Below, piece after piece: positions 13,614-27,199 of a DNA stretch of 64,000 bases (the first letter of the stretch is position 1; each line of letters opens with the position of its first letter). This DNA comes from Octopus vulgaris. Taxonomy: Eukaryota. The stretch covers positions 100,502,001 through 100,566,000 of the forward strand of contig OX597817.1 in assembly GCA_951406725.2 (NCBI GenBank). The letters run 5' to 3'. Below the pieces are notes generated by a model. It was given only the letters and a program-made list of their open reading frames with translations. It was not told the origin of the DNA and searched no databases. The position numbers and the translations under genes are program-made.

Positions 13614-16600
13614 TGTTGAAGACTTCGATCGTGTTTCTTTTTTTGCGCTCTGTGAGTTGTCATTTTTATTGTTGAAACTATTATTTATTGTAAACTGTTA
13701 TTGAAAATTATTGTTGGAAGTTGTTATTGTGAACTGTTGCCTGTTTGCAGGCTTTGTTGGACTATTTATTTCCCGGTATTCACACTACAATATTATATCA
13801 AAAGTACAAGGCCTATCCAAGACAATGTGCCTGGATAGGAGAAACGCTGTTTAAACAAATGAAGGGGAGGCACCCAAAAGCCATTTCTAGGCTAAAAGAC
13901 CAACCGAAATATCTAAGGAAAGAAGAAAAGAGAGGGACTCCGTCATGAGACGTGAGGTCAGCCTTTACATCGCCAACGAAAAGGTAAGTAAAAACTTTAC
14001 TTTTTCTTAAACTAACAACACTTCAACTTGTCTGTATAAATGTGCGTGGTCCGAACTCGAAGTGGAAGCAAGTATGTTTCCTCGACGACCTCAGAGCATA
14101 TGACATACATGTGATGGTTGCTACAGAGACCAAGCTGGATAGGCTACAAACCTTCTCGGCTCTCCTGAATGGCTATGAGAAATGCATGTCTCCTGGCTAG
14201 ACTGGAGGTAGAGGAGGTGTAGTAGTCCGAAAAGGCTTGGCCCTGCAGACAAGTACAGACTTCGTGGACCCTGAAAGTGGGTTGGTCTTCCTTGACGTGA
14301 CATACAGCAACAAGGCCTTCAGGTTGATCAGTATTTACGCCCCTTGTGCAAGAAGGCAGATTCCTATCAGCGCCTAGAGAAATTTCTCGTGACGTCCAAG
14401 ATATTAGTTGTGTTAGGAGATTATAATACTATCCTGGATGCACGCCTGGATAGCTATGGCTCGACTGGTAGGAGTGTTAACTCACACCTCATCGATCTGC
14501 TTAAGCGTTTTCAACAGGCAGATCGTTACAGACTTGAGCACCCGAACGTCCCAGTGTGGACCTGATGAATGGCGACGGGAAGCTCAAGTCTTACTTAGAC
14601 AGGATAGTTTTAATGATTAGAGATAAGTCTAGCTTTAGCTGTCCACAGTTTGTTCAAGCCGCCTACAATGATCCAAAAATGGTTACGTGTAGGCTGAACA
14701 TAATACCTATAGACAGGGATCCGGCTACTGGAAGCTGAACAAGTCTATTTTGGCTTGTGAGGCATACTGTAACTGGATTAAGGAGTTAGGGAAAAGGGCA
14801 TTAACCGGCACCGTAGTGAATAACCGGTGGTAGTTTGCTCTAAAAGGACACATACGCTTTGAGTCTATTAGATTTAGCCGTCAGCTAAGTTTAGATAAGG
14901 CTGGGATAGAAGGCAACCTACTTTTAAGGCTTTAGAAGACGCGTTGTGATTCGGCTCTACATCCCAAATTTTGGCAGCGAGAACAGCCTTGGACCGTCAC
15001 CTCAAAGCCAAACATGATGGATGCAGGGTTCGGGCAAAAGCACGTGCATTGGACCACGAGGGAATTAATGTTGCCGATACGGTAAAGACACAGTGTGACA
15101 ACGATGCCATATTCAGGTCTTTTGTCGACGAAAATGGACGTTTGGTCAAAGGATAGGAGGAGATGTGTGAGGCACTTACAAGCATTTCGCTGAGTTTTTC
15201 GTGAGGAGCAGGACGCTTGACCATGGTGAGGTCCTACGGGACTTCCTGGCTGGTGGCCCGCGTCTCTTGGCACGAGAAGCTGAGTACTGTGACAGGCCGA
15301 TTAAGGCTGTCGAGGTGATCGAGGCGCTGTCCGAGTGCCTCGGGGACAGGTCGCTGGGTCTTGATGGTCTACCCTATGAGTTTTACGAAAATATGCCAGA
15401 CTTGTTCGGGCACCTACTGGCCAGCGTCTACGCTAACTGGCAGCAGAATGGGATAATTCCCAGATCTGCGAGTTGGTGGGTGGAGGCGTTGATCAGAAAG
15501 GACCTGAACAAGGGGGATGTCATACGTAAATTTCGGCCCATAACTCTTCTAAACAGAGTTAAAGATTTTGGCGAAGGTGTTGGCAAAATGGTTGGCGCAA
15601 ACTTGCGCTATCGCAGGCAGATCAATTCAAGATAATCTCCATCTTATACGCTACTCCTTAGAGAGGGTTGGAAAATTTCTAGAAAAGGTGGGGAACTGGT
15701 ACATTTAGACCAGTCTAAAGCATTTGATAGGGTCGACCATCAGTACCTGGAGGCGGTCCTCGGGGAGGCCGGGTTGGGCCCGACTTTCCTCAGTTGGATT
15801 GCTGCTTTGTACAGTGACATAGAGTGTATCATCCGAGTAAACGGTTTTGTTTTCAAAACCGTTCAAGATTGAACGCTCAGTACGCCAGGGATGTTCCTTG
15901 TCACCGCTTATGTATGTATTGGCTCTTGAGCCATTGCTGCGGAAGTTGGAGGCGTAAGGGGGCGTGTCACATGATCTGTGGTGTGGAAGAGGAGCCACTG
16001 CGTATATAGATGACATCTCCATCATCGTGTCTGAAGAAGGGCAGCTTCCTTACGTGGAAAATGCCATCAAAGGATACGAGGTGGTGGCAGGAGCAAAGGT
16101 TAACCAGGTGTCGACTTGCAATTCTGCACTTGGGGCATAGGACGGAAGGTCCGGTTAAGTTGCTAGGGGCCTGGTTCGGTCCAGACCTCCAGATAGAGAA
16201 GAATTGGAGCGAGTTCATGGGCAACGAGACTGCCCTAACTCAGACCTGGTCTGCGCGGGTGTTATCATTGTTAGGGAGAGCGGAGATTGTGTGGATGTTC
16301 ATAGCATCTGTCATCACCTACCGCCTGACCGTTGTGCCTTGCCCCGATTTGTGGCTGAACAAGTTGGAAAGAATCCTTTTCGGATTTTTGTGGAAGGGAA
16401 GAAAGCCACTTGTGAAGCGCTCTGTCTGCTGCCAAAATCGCTAAAGGGCGGGCTAGGGATGCCTTGGCTGAATATGCGAAAATTCACGTCAAGGTTGAGG
16501 CACCTCTGTCTTTACCTGGATGGAGGGCAGGTATGGTCACCACACGTAAGGTTCTACCTTCCACTGTTGACTTTCTTAATGGATATTGGTCTATGGATCA

Positions 16601-17544
16601 AACGAAGACCTAGGCTGGGAGATTGGCAATTGGAGTGCTGTCTGGCACTCCAGCTACTCTCTCGGGCGGGCAATACTGGCCACAAGAGTTCCACTGTGGA
16701 TTTTTACAGCAGGTTAGTGGAATTTATGTCAGACTATGTCCTGGGGGAGACCCTGGGCTTCGATGGAAATCAGTTTATCAACCTGTTCTGGATAACCTTC
16801 GAGCCGGGGCATCTGATAATTACTAGTAATCCCTGGCTTGGCAGTGCTCCCTTCGGCATTGCCTGTTCGAGACAAGCTGTCAAGGCACGGAAGTGCCGTA
16901 TCACCGACATGCCTGAGGTGGGGGCGGGACAAAGAAACTGTCTTGCAAGCTTTCGAGGAGTGTCCGGAATTATCAGGACCGATAGCTTTTGTCGAGCAAC
17001 TGTTGTCAACGATAGGAAGAGTACAGCTATCGGCTGAGTCTATCATCAAGATTGTACCGCTTCCTTCCCTTAACGGGGAAAGGAATGCTGGTTTTTTCTG
17101 CGTAGTATCCATACTGAAAGAAACAGTATGGAAGACGCGTGTAAGAGGTATAGTGACAGATACCTTCGTCTCTGGCCAGGGATTGGTTAACTTCTTTGGT
17201 TACCACCTCGATAGCAAAGATCAGGCTGGAGAAGAGATACCTGTCACAGGATGTATCCATGAAAAGATGGAAGCAAGTAGTGAATAAGCTGCGAGTGACT
17301 GGAACCAGGTAAGTGGGGTCAGAAGGAAAAGTAAGGTTTCGAACCTGGCGGTTGGATGCCTTTCCTTCAGTCACACATTGCAAAATTTGTAATGATCATC
17401 AAGTTTATATTGAAATTTAACAGCATGACATATTTTATTATTCGAAACTTTTTCGTCCGTAATAAGCAACTTCTTAACCATCTATGTTTTTCTGTCCTTG
17501 TTTGTCCCATCTATGTGCGGCTTCCATGGTCACTTTATGAAATA
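13614..17544 (+). mobile_element. L1/Tx1-clade LINE; ORF2 pseudogene at about 14010-17310 (APE endonuclease + RT), ORF1 largely missing
   Basis: APE motifs CINVRG, ATETKL, VLGDYN, SYLDRI. RT motifs GLDGLPYEFY, FRPITLLN, LDQSKAFDRVDH, SVRQGCSLSP, YIDD, and KGGLGMP. Many frameshifts and stops. Confidence 0.9.
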
Positions 17545-17900
17545 AAGAAACTTGCTTCCCAACTGCATAGTTCCGGGTTCAATCCCACTGCTTGTTAGCT
17601 TGAGCAAGTGTCTTCCACTATAGCCTCTGGCCAACCAAAGCCTTGTGAGTGGATTTGGTAGACGGAAACTGAAAGAAGTCCATCGTTTATGTCTTTGTAT
17701 TTGTCCTCCACCACCGCTTGACAACCGGTATTGATGTGTTTACATCCCCATAGCTTAGCGATTTGGCAAAAGAGACCGATAGAAAGAGACTCGGTTTAAC
17801 AACATAAATCCTGAGGTCAGTTTGTTCAACTAAAACCGTCAAGGCGGTGCACTAGCACGGCAACAGTCATATAGCTGAAACACGTAAAAGATAAAAGATA
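17545..17900 (+). mobile_element. SINE family A lacking the first roughly 23 nt of its head
   Basis: Starts AAGAAACTTGCTTCCCAAC...GTTCCGGGTTCAATCCC, with the family core and 3' tail. Confidence 0.85.
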
Positions 17901-17999
17901 CACTTAGAATAGCTGTGCAAACAAGCCCCTATTTACAATTTATATTCATGAACAATTCATTAATACGTACTGCCTGCGGTTGCAGTGATAAACGAGCAT

Positions 18000-18780
18000 A
18001 AAAAATTTGTGCTTGTTATTCATAGTATCTTTCATTAGTTCTCAGTTATATAGTATTTCTCTGTAGAAAGAACGAAGGCACTTTTATATACGATTTTCTT
18101 TTTAGTTTTATTTAAGTTCTTGAGAGAGTTCAAGCCGGTCGCTAGCAAAGCGACCAGGCTTTTTGAATTAAGTTCCCGGTGTTTGTAAATATGTGTTTGA
18201 CTTGGTGTGTTGATTGAACTGTCGATGCATACACCCAAGTGTGTGCATTTGTTCACAAAAGATTCTCAGGTGAAGAAGTTTTGGAATGTCTTACAAATCT
18301 TTGCTGTATTTGGAGAATCCACGTCAGATTATTTTATTTCTAAGTTTTTGTGCACAATTGTTGGGTACATAACCTAATGCATCTATGATCATTGGTACAA
18401 TGATCATAGTACCCAGGGTACTAGAGCTGTAAGTTCCGCATTAATTCATCATAAATGGCCTCTTTTTCATGGTCTTTTGATTGTACATTCACGTCCGTTG
18501 AGCTGCTTACTTCTACAACAGTGCATGACTTTTGTTTCCTGTTTCACAGAAAAATATCAGGTCTGTTATGTTTGCACCGAATTGATGTTTCTATTGGCAT
18601 TCATTGTTTTTAAAGGTGTGAATACTTGTTGGTTCTTATATGTCTTGACGTATATGCCAGGGCAATCTTTCCTGCGGTAGCACTGTAAATAGCCTTTGCA
18701 ACTATATCATGCCTCAGGGGCAGGTAGTATCTCGTAGACATTTTTGGGCAGCCTCTGATGATGTTGGTGATATCTTTCAT
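18000..18780 (-). mobile_element. R4/Dong-like RLE non-LTR retrotransposon, 3' fragment
   Basis: Minus-strand translation gives IIRGCPKMSTRYYLPLRHDIVAKAIY and CTVVEVS..DVNV..EKEAIYDELMRNLQL (zinc knuckle plus restriction-like endonuclease). Confidence 0.75.
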
Positions 18781-18834
18781 ACTCTATGTATGTATGTATT
18801 TAGGTATGTATGTGTGTATGCATATGTATGTTAT

Positions 18835-20375
18835 TATTTAGTTTTATTTCTAAATTTCTTGCCAATAGTGAAAGAGCCTGTTTCTAACATAGATCCAAGG
18901 CTCCTTCATTGGAATTTCAACAACTTCAACAAGGTATTTGGGCATGTTTGTGTGTCTGTGAGCAGTATTTGGAATCAGTGCATGTGAAGATTTGTATGTT
19001 TTATGTATATATTCTCATGCACATAGTTGCATGTCTAGACATGCGCATACTTAAATCCTAAATTTCTGGAAAGTTTTACAAATTTTCACATTTCCATGGA
19101 TGGCTTGGATCTGTAATCTTCTGATTAGCTTTCTTCTTTTTGGTTTTGAAAAGCCCAATTTCTCAAGATATGTGCTTAGGCAGTTTGTTACATATCCAAG
19201 TGCCACAATAATCACAAGTATAAACCTTGTAATCCGGGTAGAGTAACTGTAAACTTCTCAATAATTCAGCGTAGGTGTTTTCTTTTTCACTAATCTATAG
19301 CTTTATTTTGACATCCACTGGACAGTTGATTTTCACTACTGTACATTGTTTCTCTTTACTGTCCCAAATCACAATGTCTGGTCTGTTATGCTTACATTTT
19401 TTTGAAGTTTTCACTGAGACATTCCATCAGTACTCTTTCATATTATGAATAGCTATAACCTCTAGAATACTGTGGGTTCTTATCTTTTTGACTGCAAGAT
19501 TATCCTTCTGCTGGATCTCATTATGCAGTATCTCGGTTACATCTCATCAGTAAATAATAATTCGATGACATTTTTGGACAACTGCTTATGATGTGGATGA
19601 TATCTTTGGTGTTAACTCCACAAAGTCTGCGTTGGCTATCACATTTTGGTGTTTTTCCTGCGTCTCTACCCCTTTTGTGCATCAGGTACTTGGTTGCTGT
19701 TCATGGACTGAAAATGCATATCCTTCAAAGTGAGCATTAGTAATCCGGTTGTTGGTCCATGATAGACTGCTTTTATGATCAGATCAATGTTATTGTCATC
19801 TTGGAGCTTTCTGCTAACATACCCAGGCATAGCCTTCTGCTGATATAGTCCTGTCCTTCCATCTGATGGTACGTTGTGGTAGAGTCGTGCAACTTTTTAG
19901 GCATGAATTCAAGGTTATTATACAAAGAATGTTGTTCGAAGAGTTGCTTTCCAAGACTCATGTATGCCTCGTGTATGCAAACTTAGTCAAGGGATGTACT
20001 TCGAGACGTGGTGGATAAAAGATGCTGCCGAAGGGATATGATATTCAAAGGCTGTCTGGATCGATGTTAAGCCTCTCTCTCTTTGTTTTCGTTTTAAGTA
20101 GAGGTGGTCTACGTCGCTGTTGATGTGGAAATTATTCGTATTGGTCAAAATCTTCCGGGTTTTCACATCAATGGCTTGGATTTCATCAAGCATCCAATCA
20201 AGTAGCCCAGATGTTGGTATCAGTGCTGGAACTGCAAAACACACTTTAGGCCACTGTTTTATTGAATGCAGAGAGTTACGAGGTTCATATTTTCCTTATC
20301 CGGCTGCAATATTCTTTAGTGACACATGCCTTGTTACAAGTAACATCGAAAGATATGTTTTCATCTACTCTTTGG
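18835..20375 (-). mobile_element. Second R4/Dong-like RLE non-LTR fragment
   Basis: Motifs IDVKTRKILT..FHINSDVDHLYLKRKQRERGL, CRLCG..HIISSCPKM and HNRPDIVIWD (PD of the RLE). Confidence 0.8.
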
Positions 20376-20397
20376 TCCCTGTATGTATGTATGTTTA

Positions 20398-20480
20398 TAT
20401 AATATAATATAATATAATATAATATAATATAATATAATATAATATAATATAATATAATATAATATAATAAATATAATATA
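20398..20480. repeat. (AATAT)n microsatellite
   Basis: Directly visible. Confidence 0.95.
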
Positions 20481-20849
20481 TATATAACACATACATAAAA
20501 TATATATATTTAAATGTCTTTGTGAAAATTACTTGATAGAATTTTATTAAGTATAAAAAAGATTTTTAAAAATATTTTAAAAAGTTATAAATTCTTTATC
20601 AGAACGTCACTATTCTTTGTGGAAGAAGTTTCTTTCTACTGTGTGTGTAACCGCTTTCGATTATCTTTTCAAACACACGTGTTCTTAGATAATGTTTGAA
20701 AGAGGAAGTTGTTATTTTTGTAGTAGTGGTAGTATTAACTATTTCCGGTTTATTTTCGGACTTAGGATTTTCATGAAGTATTCTTCCTTTGTCTTTCATA
20801 GTTAATCATTTTTATATATTTTGTAAAAAGGGAATATGTAAATATTCTT

Positions 20850-21860
20850 TTACATTTTGCCTTTCGTAGTTGATCATTTTCATCGTTTATTTGGTAACAT
20901 GGAATATTAAAAAATTTTCCATTTGCACAAATATCTAGATGTTCACTGCATTATTAAGTGGTGAATTTGTTGTATATGCAAATTTACACGACTGGTCAGT
21001 TCCCTTCTTGTCTCCCCAATGTAGTTTTCATTGCATTGGGGAGATGTGATGCAGTAGATGAATTTTTTGTTTTGCAATTCATGTTTGCATTCACCTATAA
21101 TTCCTTCCCATTCTTGAATCTGTTGGTTGTCTCTTGTTCAATTAATTCACATATCCCACAACAAGGGTCTCTACAGTTGGTTACTTGCATCGTTTCTTTT
21201 TCAAATGTGAATCTCACCTTTGAGGTTTAGTGGTTGTCTTCGACTGTTGCTAATTTGTGATTTTTAAAATTATTCGTGGGAGATTTGGTGGTTGATGAAG
21301 AATTAAGAGGTATCGTTTGACTGAATGCAGGATGGCGTGGTTTCTAGGATTGTGGGTGGATACAAATGGAATAATTGTATTTGTATTTTTGTTTTCACAC
21401 CTAGCCTGAGTGTTTCTCTTTGCTTTTGGTACGTCATGTTGAATTACTTTGTTGGGATATTTTTGTTTCTGAAGGAATACTATTTTTGCTATTCTTTTCT
21501 CTCATTTAACGTTATCTGTGACTACTGAGCACATATGCTTTGTCATATTAAATGGTATGTTACTTTTTCTATGGGAAGGATGGCAAGATCTAACATCTAA
21601 ATATTGGTGTATGACTGTGTTCTTGCAGTAGAGGTCAGTTGTAACTGTCTCATTTTCTTTGAATATCAGAATAGCCAGAAAGGGGAGTTCCTTTTCATTC
21701 ATTTCCATAGTGGATTGGATTGAGGCATGAATGCTATTTATTAATTTAAGCAGATTGGTTCCTAGTTTCATCAGAGGTGACAGAGCCTCTTTCAACCATA
21801 TCCAAACTTCTTCCACAATTGTTAGTGTCGTTCCGATAAAGAATTTATAACTTTCTTTAA
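20850..21860 (-). mobile_element. Penelope-like element fragment (RT thumb + GIY-YIG remnant)
   Basis: ELPFLAILI..TDLYCKNT..QYLDVRSCHPSH..NIPFN, with a downstream YIGET-like motif near 21010. Confidence 0.8.
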
Positions 21861-22268
21861 GTGGCTGTGTGGTAAGTAGCTTGCTAACCAACCACATGGT
21901 TCCGGGTTCAGTCCCACTGCGTGGCATCTTGGGCAAGTGTCTTCTGCTATAGCCCCGGGCCGACCAATGTCTTGTGAGTGGATTTGGTAGACGGAAACTG
22001 AAAGAAGCCTGTCGTATATATGTATATATATATGTGTATGTGTGTGTGTTTGTGTGTCTGTGTTTGTCCTCCTAGCATTGCTTGACAACCGATGCTGGTG
22101 TGTTTATGTCCCCGTTACTTAGCGGTTCGGCAAAAAGAGACCGATAAAATAAGTACTGGGCTTACAAAAGAATAAGTCCTGGGGTCGAGTTGCTCGATTA
22201 AAGGCGGTGCTCCAGCATGGCCGCAGTCAAATGACTGAAACAAGTAAAAGAGTAAAGAGTAAAAGAGT
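21861..22268 (+). mobile_element. SINE family A, young copy
   Basis: Nearly identical to 53547-53977; ends in (GTAAAAGA)-like repeats. Confidence 0.92.
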
Positions 22269-22594
22269 ATATGTATGTATGTATATGTGCGCACACATAC
22301 AGACAGACAGACAGACAGACAGACACACACACACACACACACACAAACACCGTATATATCAACCCTAGGAAGGAAGCTTAACGTGATTATTCGACATGGA
22401 AAAACCAACAACCAACACTTCCTCAAATCAGATTTTAACCACTAATATATATATACCCTACCTAAAACAAAAAAAAAAAAAAACGTGAGAGGCACCATTC
22501 CGGAATAGCTGAGCACTGGAGTCGATGTCGTCGACCAACTCCTCCTCTAAATTTCAGGCCTTATGCCTATAATAGAAAGGATTATTACTATATT

Positions 22595-22800
22595 GTCAGA
22601 TCGGTGGATTGGAAGGACTAAGGATTTCTGGGAAAAAAATCCTTATGGTTTTTGTTCCAGTTCTTTACGTTCCAAGTTCAAATCCCAACGAGGTTCAGAA
22701 TTTTAAAAATCCTTTCTGGTCGATAAAATATAATATCAGTCAATAGCTGCGCTTGATCTAAGCCCCGTTTCCATAATTACAGACTGTGTGCTTGTAACTG
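22595..22800 (+). mobile_element. Degenerate SINE family B
   Basis: tttacgttccaagttcaaatccc...gtcgataaaata resembles the copy at 24513. Confidence 0.5.
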
Positions 22801-24512
22801 GAAATTTTTATTACCATAATGAACTCTTCTCTGAACTTTTTGATATTTTTACCAGCTTCTTCTTTTGCAGTAAGCATGTTATTCTATTCTCCATTCGCTG
22901 AGCCTCTTTCAACACTCTTCTTGACAGCGTTGTACTTTTTACCAATTATCTAAAAGAATTCAAAGTGAAATTAAAAATCAACGTTAACATTTACTTCTCT
23001 TATTGACCCTATGTGGCAGACTCTATGGTCACTCGACTTTGAAGAAAAATACCGCATTGTCTTACAAAATTAGAACACATTGTTTTGAACTAAACAAAAA
23101 AAGACTGGATAGTCACTATTGGAAAGCTAGCTTAGGGCTAACAAAAGCATCAAAAATTGAAATTGTCAACAGCAACTATAACAAAAGCAATTTATATGGG
23201 TTTCCGAATTCCTCAATATAGTTGAGACAAAAATAGTTGTTGGTGTTGACAAAATAAATAATGTCATAACATGGGAAATTTTCTTAGCGATGCTTACCGA
23301 ATGGAAAATATATAGTAAAGTGGGAGATAATATACGTAATGATGTGAACTCCAAAATTAAAATTATATCCGTTATGAAAAGAAAAATTATTAGTTTTAAT
23401 GATAATTGTTACAAATAAGGAAGATTACTTCAGTACTAATATTGCTTAAAAATTGAACGGGACTATGCAGTGGGGAGTGAGCCTGATAACTCCATATGTT
23501 TCGATCTTATTAGTCCTTATCAACATAATATTATTAGTTTTTTTTTACCATATCTAAGAATGATTGAGAGAATATATAGGATTTTAGCAAAAAAAAAAAA
23601 GAAAAATAAAGCTAAACAAAAGAAAATCGCTCCCTACACTGACATAAGACAACTAAAGTTGTTACTGTATCAAGCAAAAATTCAGACTTGTTTCCAACTG
23701 TATGTCCCCATTTGATTTTTTTTCATCATTTTGAATAATGAAGCTATCTCCTTGCCTTTGGCAAGAATAATCATTGATTTCAATGATTCTTCTTTTCATT
23801 ATTATTGTAATTTGAATTTAGTAATAATAACAGGTAAAAATTTCTCAGAAATGCCTTCTGCGCGAAGGAACATTTAAGTAAGACGTCTAACATTCTAAAC
23901 TGTGGATTTTAATTTTCATTACAGTTGTAAGTTTCATTTGATTATATATTTTCGGCTCACTACAATAATATAATACTATCCATTATGTAAATTATATTAT
24001 ATGCTGATACTTGTTACATTCTCTTATAACTCTTCAATGTCATATTCAGTAGACTTAGAACATATAGAGGAATCCTTAGAAAAATACAGAGCAATTTTCG
24101 GAATACTCATATGGTATTTAGTTAAGTAGATTCTAGCTATGTTCTTGCTATTATCTCTAAGCCGTTGTCCAGACACGGAAATATATTAATATATAACCTT
24201 TCAGTTTGGTATATTTATATTAGTACTTCAGTATTTCATTTGGATATTTCACATTTTCTTTCCAAGATGACGAACCAATTCAATCTGAATTTAGTTTCCT
24301 ACATTAGAAAAATAAATCCAGGACTGATTGACTTGAAAATGAAGTCTGAGAAAATTTTGCAATGTTTGCTTCACTTACTGGACCCAAGGTTTGCGAATTA
24401 AACATATTCATTGCATCTTTGAAAAGGACAGATTCTCAAGATGTGTACGTAGGAACTTTGATGGATTATCTAGCACCTTCATGATACATGGGCAAATAGG
24501 AGGCCAGAGAAA

Positions 24513-24725
24513 GGCGGCGAGCTGGCAAAATCGTTAGCACACCGAGTAATATGCTTAGCAGCAATTCATCTGTTTTTACGTTCTGAATTCTACGTTCTAC
24601 CGTAGTCGACTTCGCCTTTCATCCTTTTGGAATCGATAAAATAAATAGCAGTTGAATTCTAGAGTTAATGTAACCGACTTATCCCCTGTCCCAAAGTTGC
24701 TGGTCTAGTACCAAAATTTGAAATC
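24513..24725 (+). mobile_element. tRNA-derived SINE family B
   Basis: Head GGCGGCGAGCTGGCAAAATCGTTAGCAC and core GTCGACTTCGCCTTTCATCCTTT. Confidence 0.7.
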
Positions 24726-25001
24726 AATACTATGCCAGAGATTTTATATTTTTTAATTGGTTTCAGTTATTCGACAGCAACTATGCTGAGGCACCAAATT
24801 CAAAAGCTTAATCGGTTATATTGTCCCAGTTATTATTACTGTCTGGTATTATTTCAGTTCACCGTTTTGAGAGAAAAAGAAGAAAAAAGCATAAACCAAC
24901 TGGTTTACATTGATAAAATTAAGCATAAATGCATAAATACATTCTCATAAACATACACATACACAAGCATATGTATATATTTGTGTGTAGGGAGGATCAT
25001 A

Positions 25002-25121
25002 GTATAAACTCAGGGTCTTCCGGTGTGTATAAACTCAGGGTCTTCCGGTGTGTATAAACTCAGGGTCTTCCGGTGTGTATAAACTCAGGGTCTTCCGGTG
25101 TGTATAAACTCAGGGTCTTCC
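25002..25121. repeat. Perfect 25-bp tandem repeat, 4.8 copies
   Basis: Unit GTATAAACTCAGGGTCTTCCGGTGT, with no spacers. Confidence 0.97.
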
Positions 25122-25249
25122 TTGGCAGACAAATTCATGTGAATTTAGTTTTCTGAATGATCTATACTGAAGGAAAAAGAAAGGTTGAGGTGGTTTCTGC
25201 AAATATATCGATGAGACATTTATTTGTAATTATAATTATTTTGAATATT

Positions 25250-25613
25250 TGATTGGGAATATATATCCAAAACATCTAGAAGTGATCAGAAATGGTGATT
25301 CGGTAGATGAAGTCAAATATTTAGATGTTAGGGTAATTCATGAAGGAAAAGAGGTTGATTAGTGTTTATAATAAAACTTATAACTTTGATTTTCGTATTG
25401 AATCATAGCCCTGGGCACTAAATAGAATTCCCCGCGAAGTAGAGTATAACGTATTTTCCAGTCACGTTATTAGATGGAGTAAGATTACAAATGAGGTTGG
25501 TTTGTTTGTTTTTGAATAGAATTAAAAAGGCTAATGATACGTATGGAAGAACAAGGTTACATTAAGAAAATGTTAGTTAAATGTTTTAACTGTTTCTTAG
25601 GGAGAAATAATGA

Positions 25614-25620
<7 letters not shown>
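25250..25620 (+). mobile_element. Decayed PLE RT-thumb fragment
   Basis: VKYLDVRV and, after a frameshift, ISVYNKTYNFDFRI. Confidence 0.45.
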
Positions 25621-25652
<32 letters not shown>

Positions 25653-25889
25653 AATGTCCTGAAATTTTATGGTTGCACGACATTATTAATTCAGAACGTC
25701 TGGATTACAGGTGGGCATCGATAGTCCTACCCCCGGAATGAACTCGTAGTGAATTACCCCTTCATACTTCTACCGGACGCAGAACATTACCTTTTATTTG
25801 AGATGCCCATGTTTGGCGACAGGTTCCGGAAGCTGTCCGTTGACTAACCACTGCCAACACATATTAAGATTCCTGTAAAATATCTCCCT

Positions 25890-26146
25890 CAGATTATTAC
25901 TTGTTCCGATCCATGGCTCACTTCCTGCGCTCGCTACGTATCATCAACCAAGAAGATGTTGAAGCAGCAATGACAGAGAAGAGAAGAATTGATATCAGCG
26001 TGGAATCAAAGAACTGGCAGAAAGGTGGCTTCATGCGGTGCAACACGATGGCCTCTACTTCGGATACTAGATGCTTTGGTTGTAACATGACGAATAAAGG
26101 AAATAAGTTACCAAAATATTGCAAAACCTTTGACTTAATACAATAT
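25890..26146 (+). mobile_element. Mariner 3' remnant
   Basis: YYLFRSMAHFLR..INQEDVE resembles the mariner C-terminus. Confidence 0.6.
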
Positions 26147-26186
26147 TTCGTTTAGGCTTAACGATACTACTGTGGTATTAGAACTT

Positions 26187-26295
<109 letters not shown>

Positions 26296-26449
26296 TTATA
26301 TAATATATATATATATGCTTCAGAATAAAGCGTTAGTCGAGTGAATTAATGCATGCATACATACATACATAGATGTCTGTCTGTATGTATGTGGGTGTGT
26401 ATATATGAATAAGTATATATAGGCGCAGGAGTGGCTGTGTGGTAAGCAT

Positions 26450-26780
26450 ATATGAATAAGAAAAAGTAGAAAATGGAGAAATTGACGTGTAGACATAAGT
26501 TTATCTAAAGATATTGAAATCAATATATGAAATTCTTATCTCTACACCCGTTTCCATATCCAATTAATTCAATTAAAGAAAGTAAATTAAATCAAATTAA
26601 TTTAAAATTTTCATATTGAAACTGGTTAATTGGGTGTTTCATTAGGGGAGAATTTCCAGAAACGAATTACATTCCAACATGTTAGTCGACCTATGACAGA
26701 CTCAGATGTGAGCGTTTTGGTAATGTATGTATCTGAAAAAACCGTTATGAGTATATTATATACATACTTAACGCTTATGA

Positions 26781-26829
<49 letters not shown>

Positions 26830-27098
26830 TACATAACGGTTTTTAAAAATACATTCATTACCAAAATGCACACATCTGAGTCGACCAACACGTTGGAATG
26901 TAATTTTTCTGGAAATTTTCTCCTGATGAAATACCCAATTAACCAGTTTCAACATGAAAATATTTAATTTCTCTAATTGAAATAATTGAATATGGAAACA
27001 ACTGTAGGGATAAGAATTTCATGTTAATTTTGATTTAAATATCTTTGAATAAACTGATGTCTATGCGTCAATTTCTCCATTTCTTTTTCTCATTCATA
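26450..27098. mobile_element. Inverted pair of PLE pseudo-LTR-like segments (about 26450-26755 and 26830-27098) around (TA)n
   Basis: The arms are reverse-complementary (e.g. gaaactggttaattgggtgtttc / gaaatacccaattaaccagtttc) and each carries an HHR motif. Confidence 0.8.
26919..27010 (+). ncRNA. Minimal hammerhead ribozyme motif
   Basis: tctc-CTGATGA-aatacccaatta...taattgaatatg-GAAA-CAACTG-TA-ggga. A degenerate antisense twin (CTAATGA core) lies at about 26538-26648. Confidence 0.75.
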
Positions 27099-27199
27099 AA
27101 TATTTTAAATACTAATATACACCAATACAAAACTAAAGCATTTAGTTTTCACTGAACACTGCTATAAACCGGAGAACTAGGATGCAAACATCTCTTAAA

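Noticed and set aside
23700-24480. Possible decayed coding sequence on the minus strand (also 61430-61900)
   Set aside because: Only short broken frames with no motif I can recognise; a BLASTX search would be needed.
25002-25121. CRISPR-like array
   Set aside because: There are no unique spacers and no cas genes, and the context is eukaryotic.
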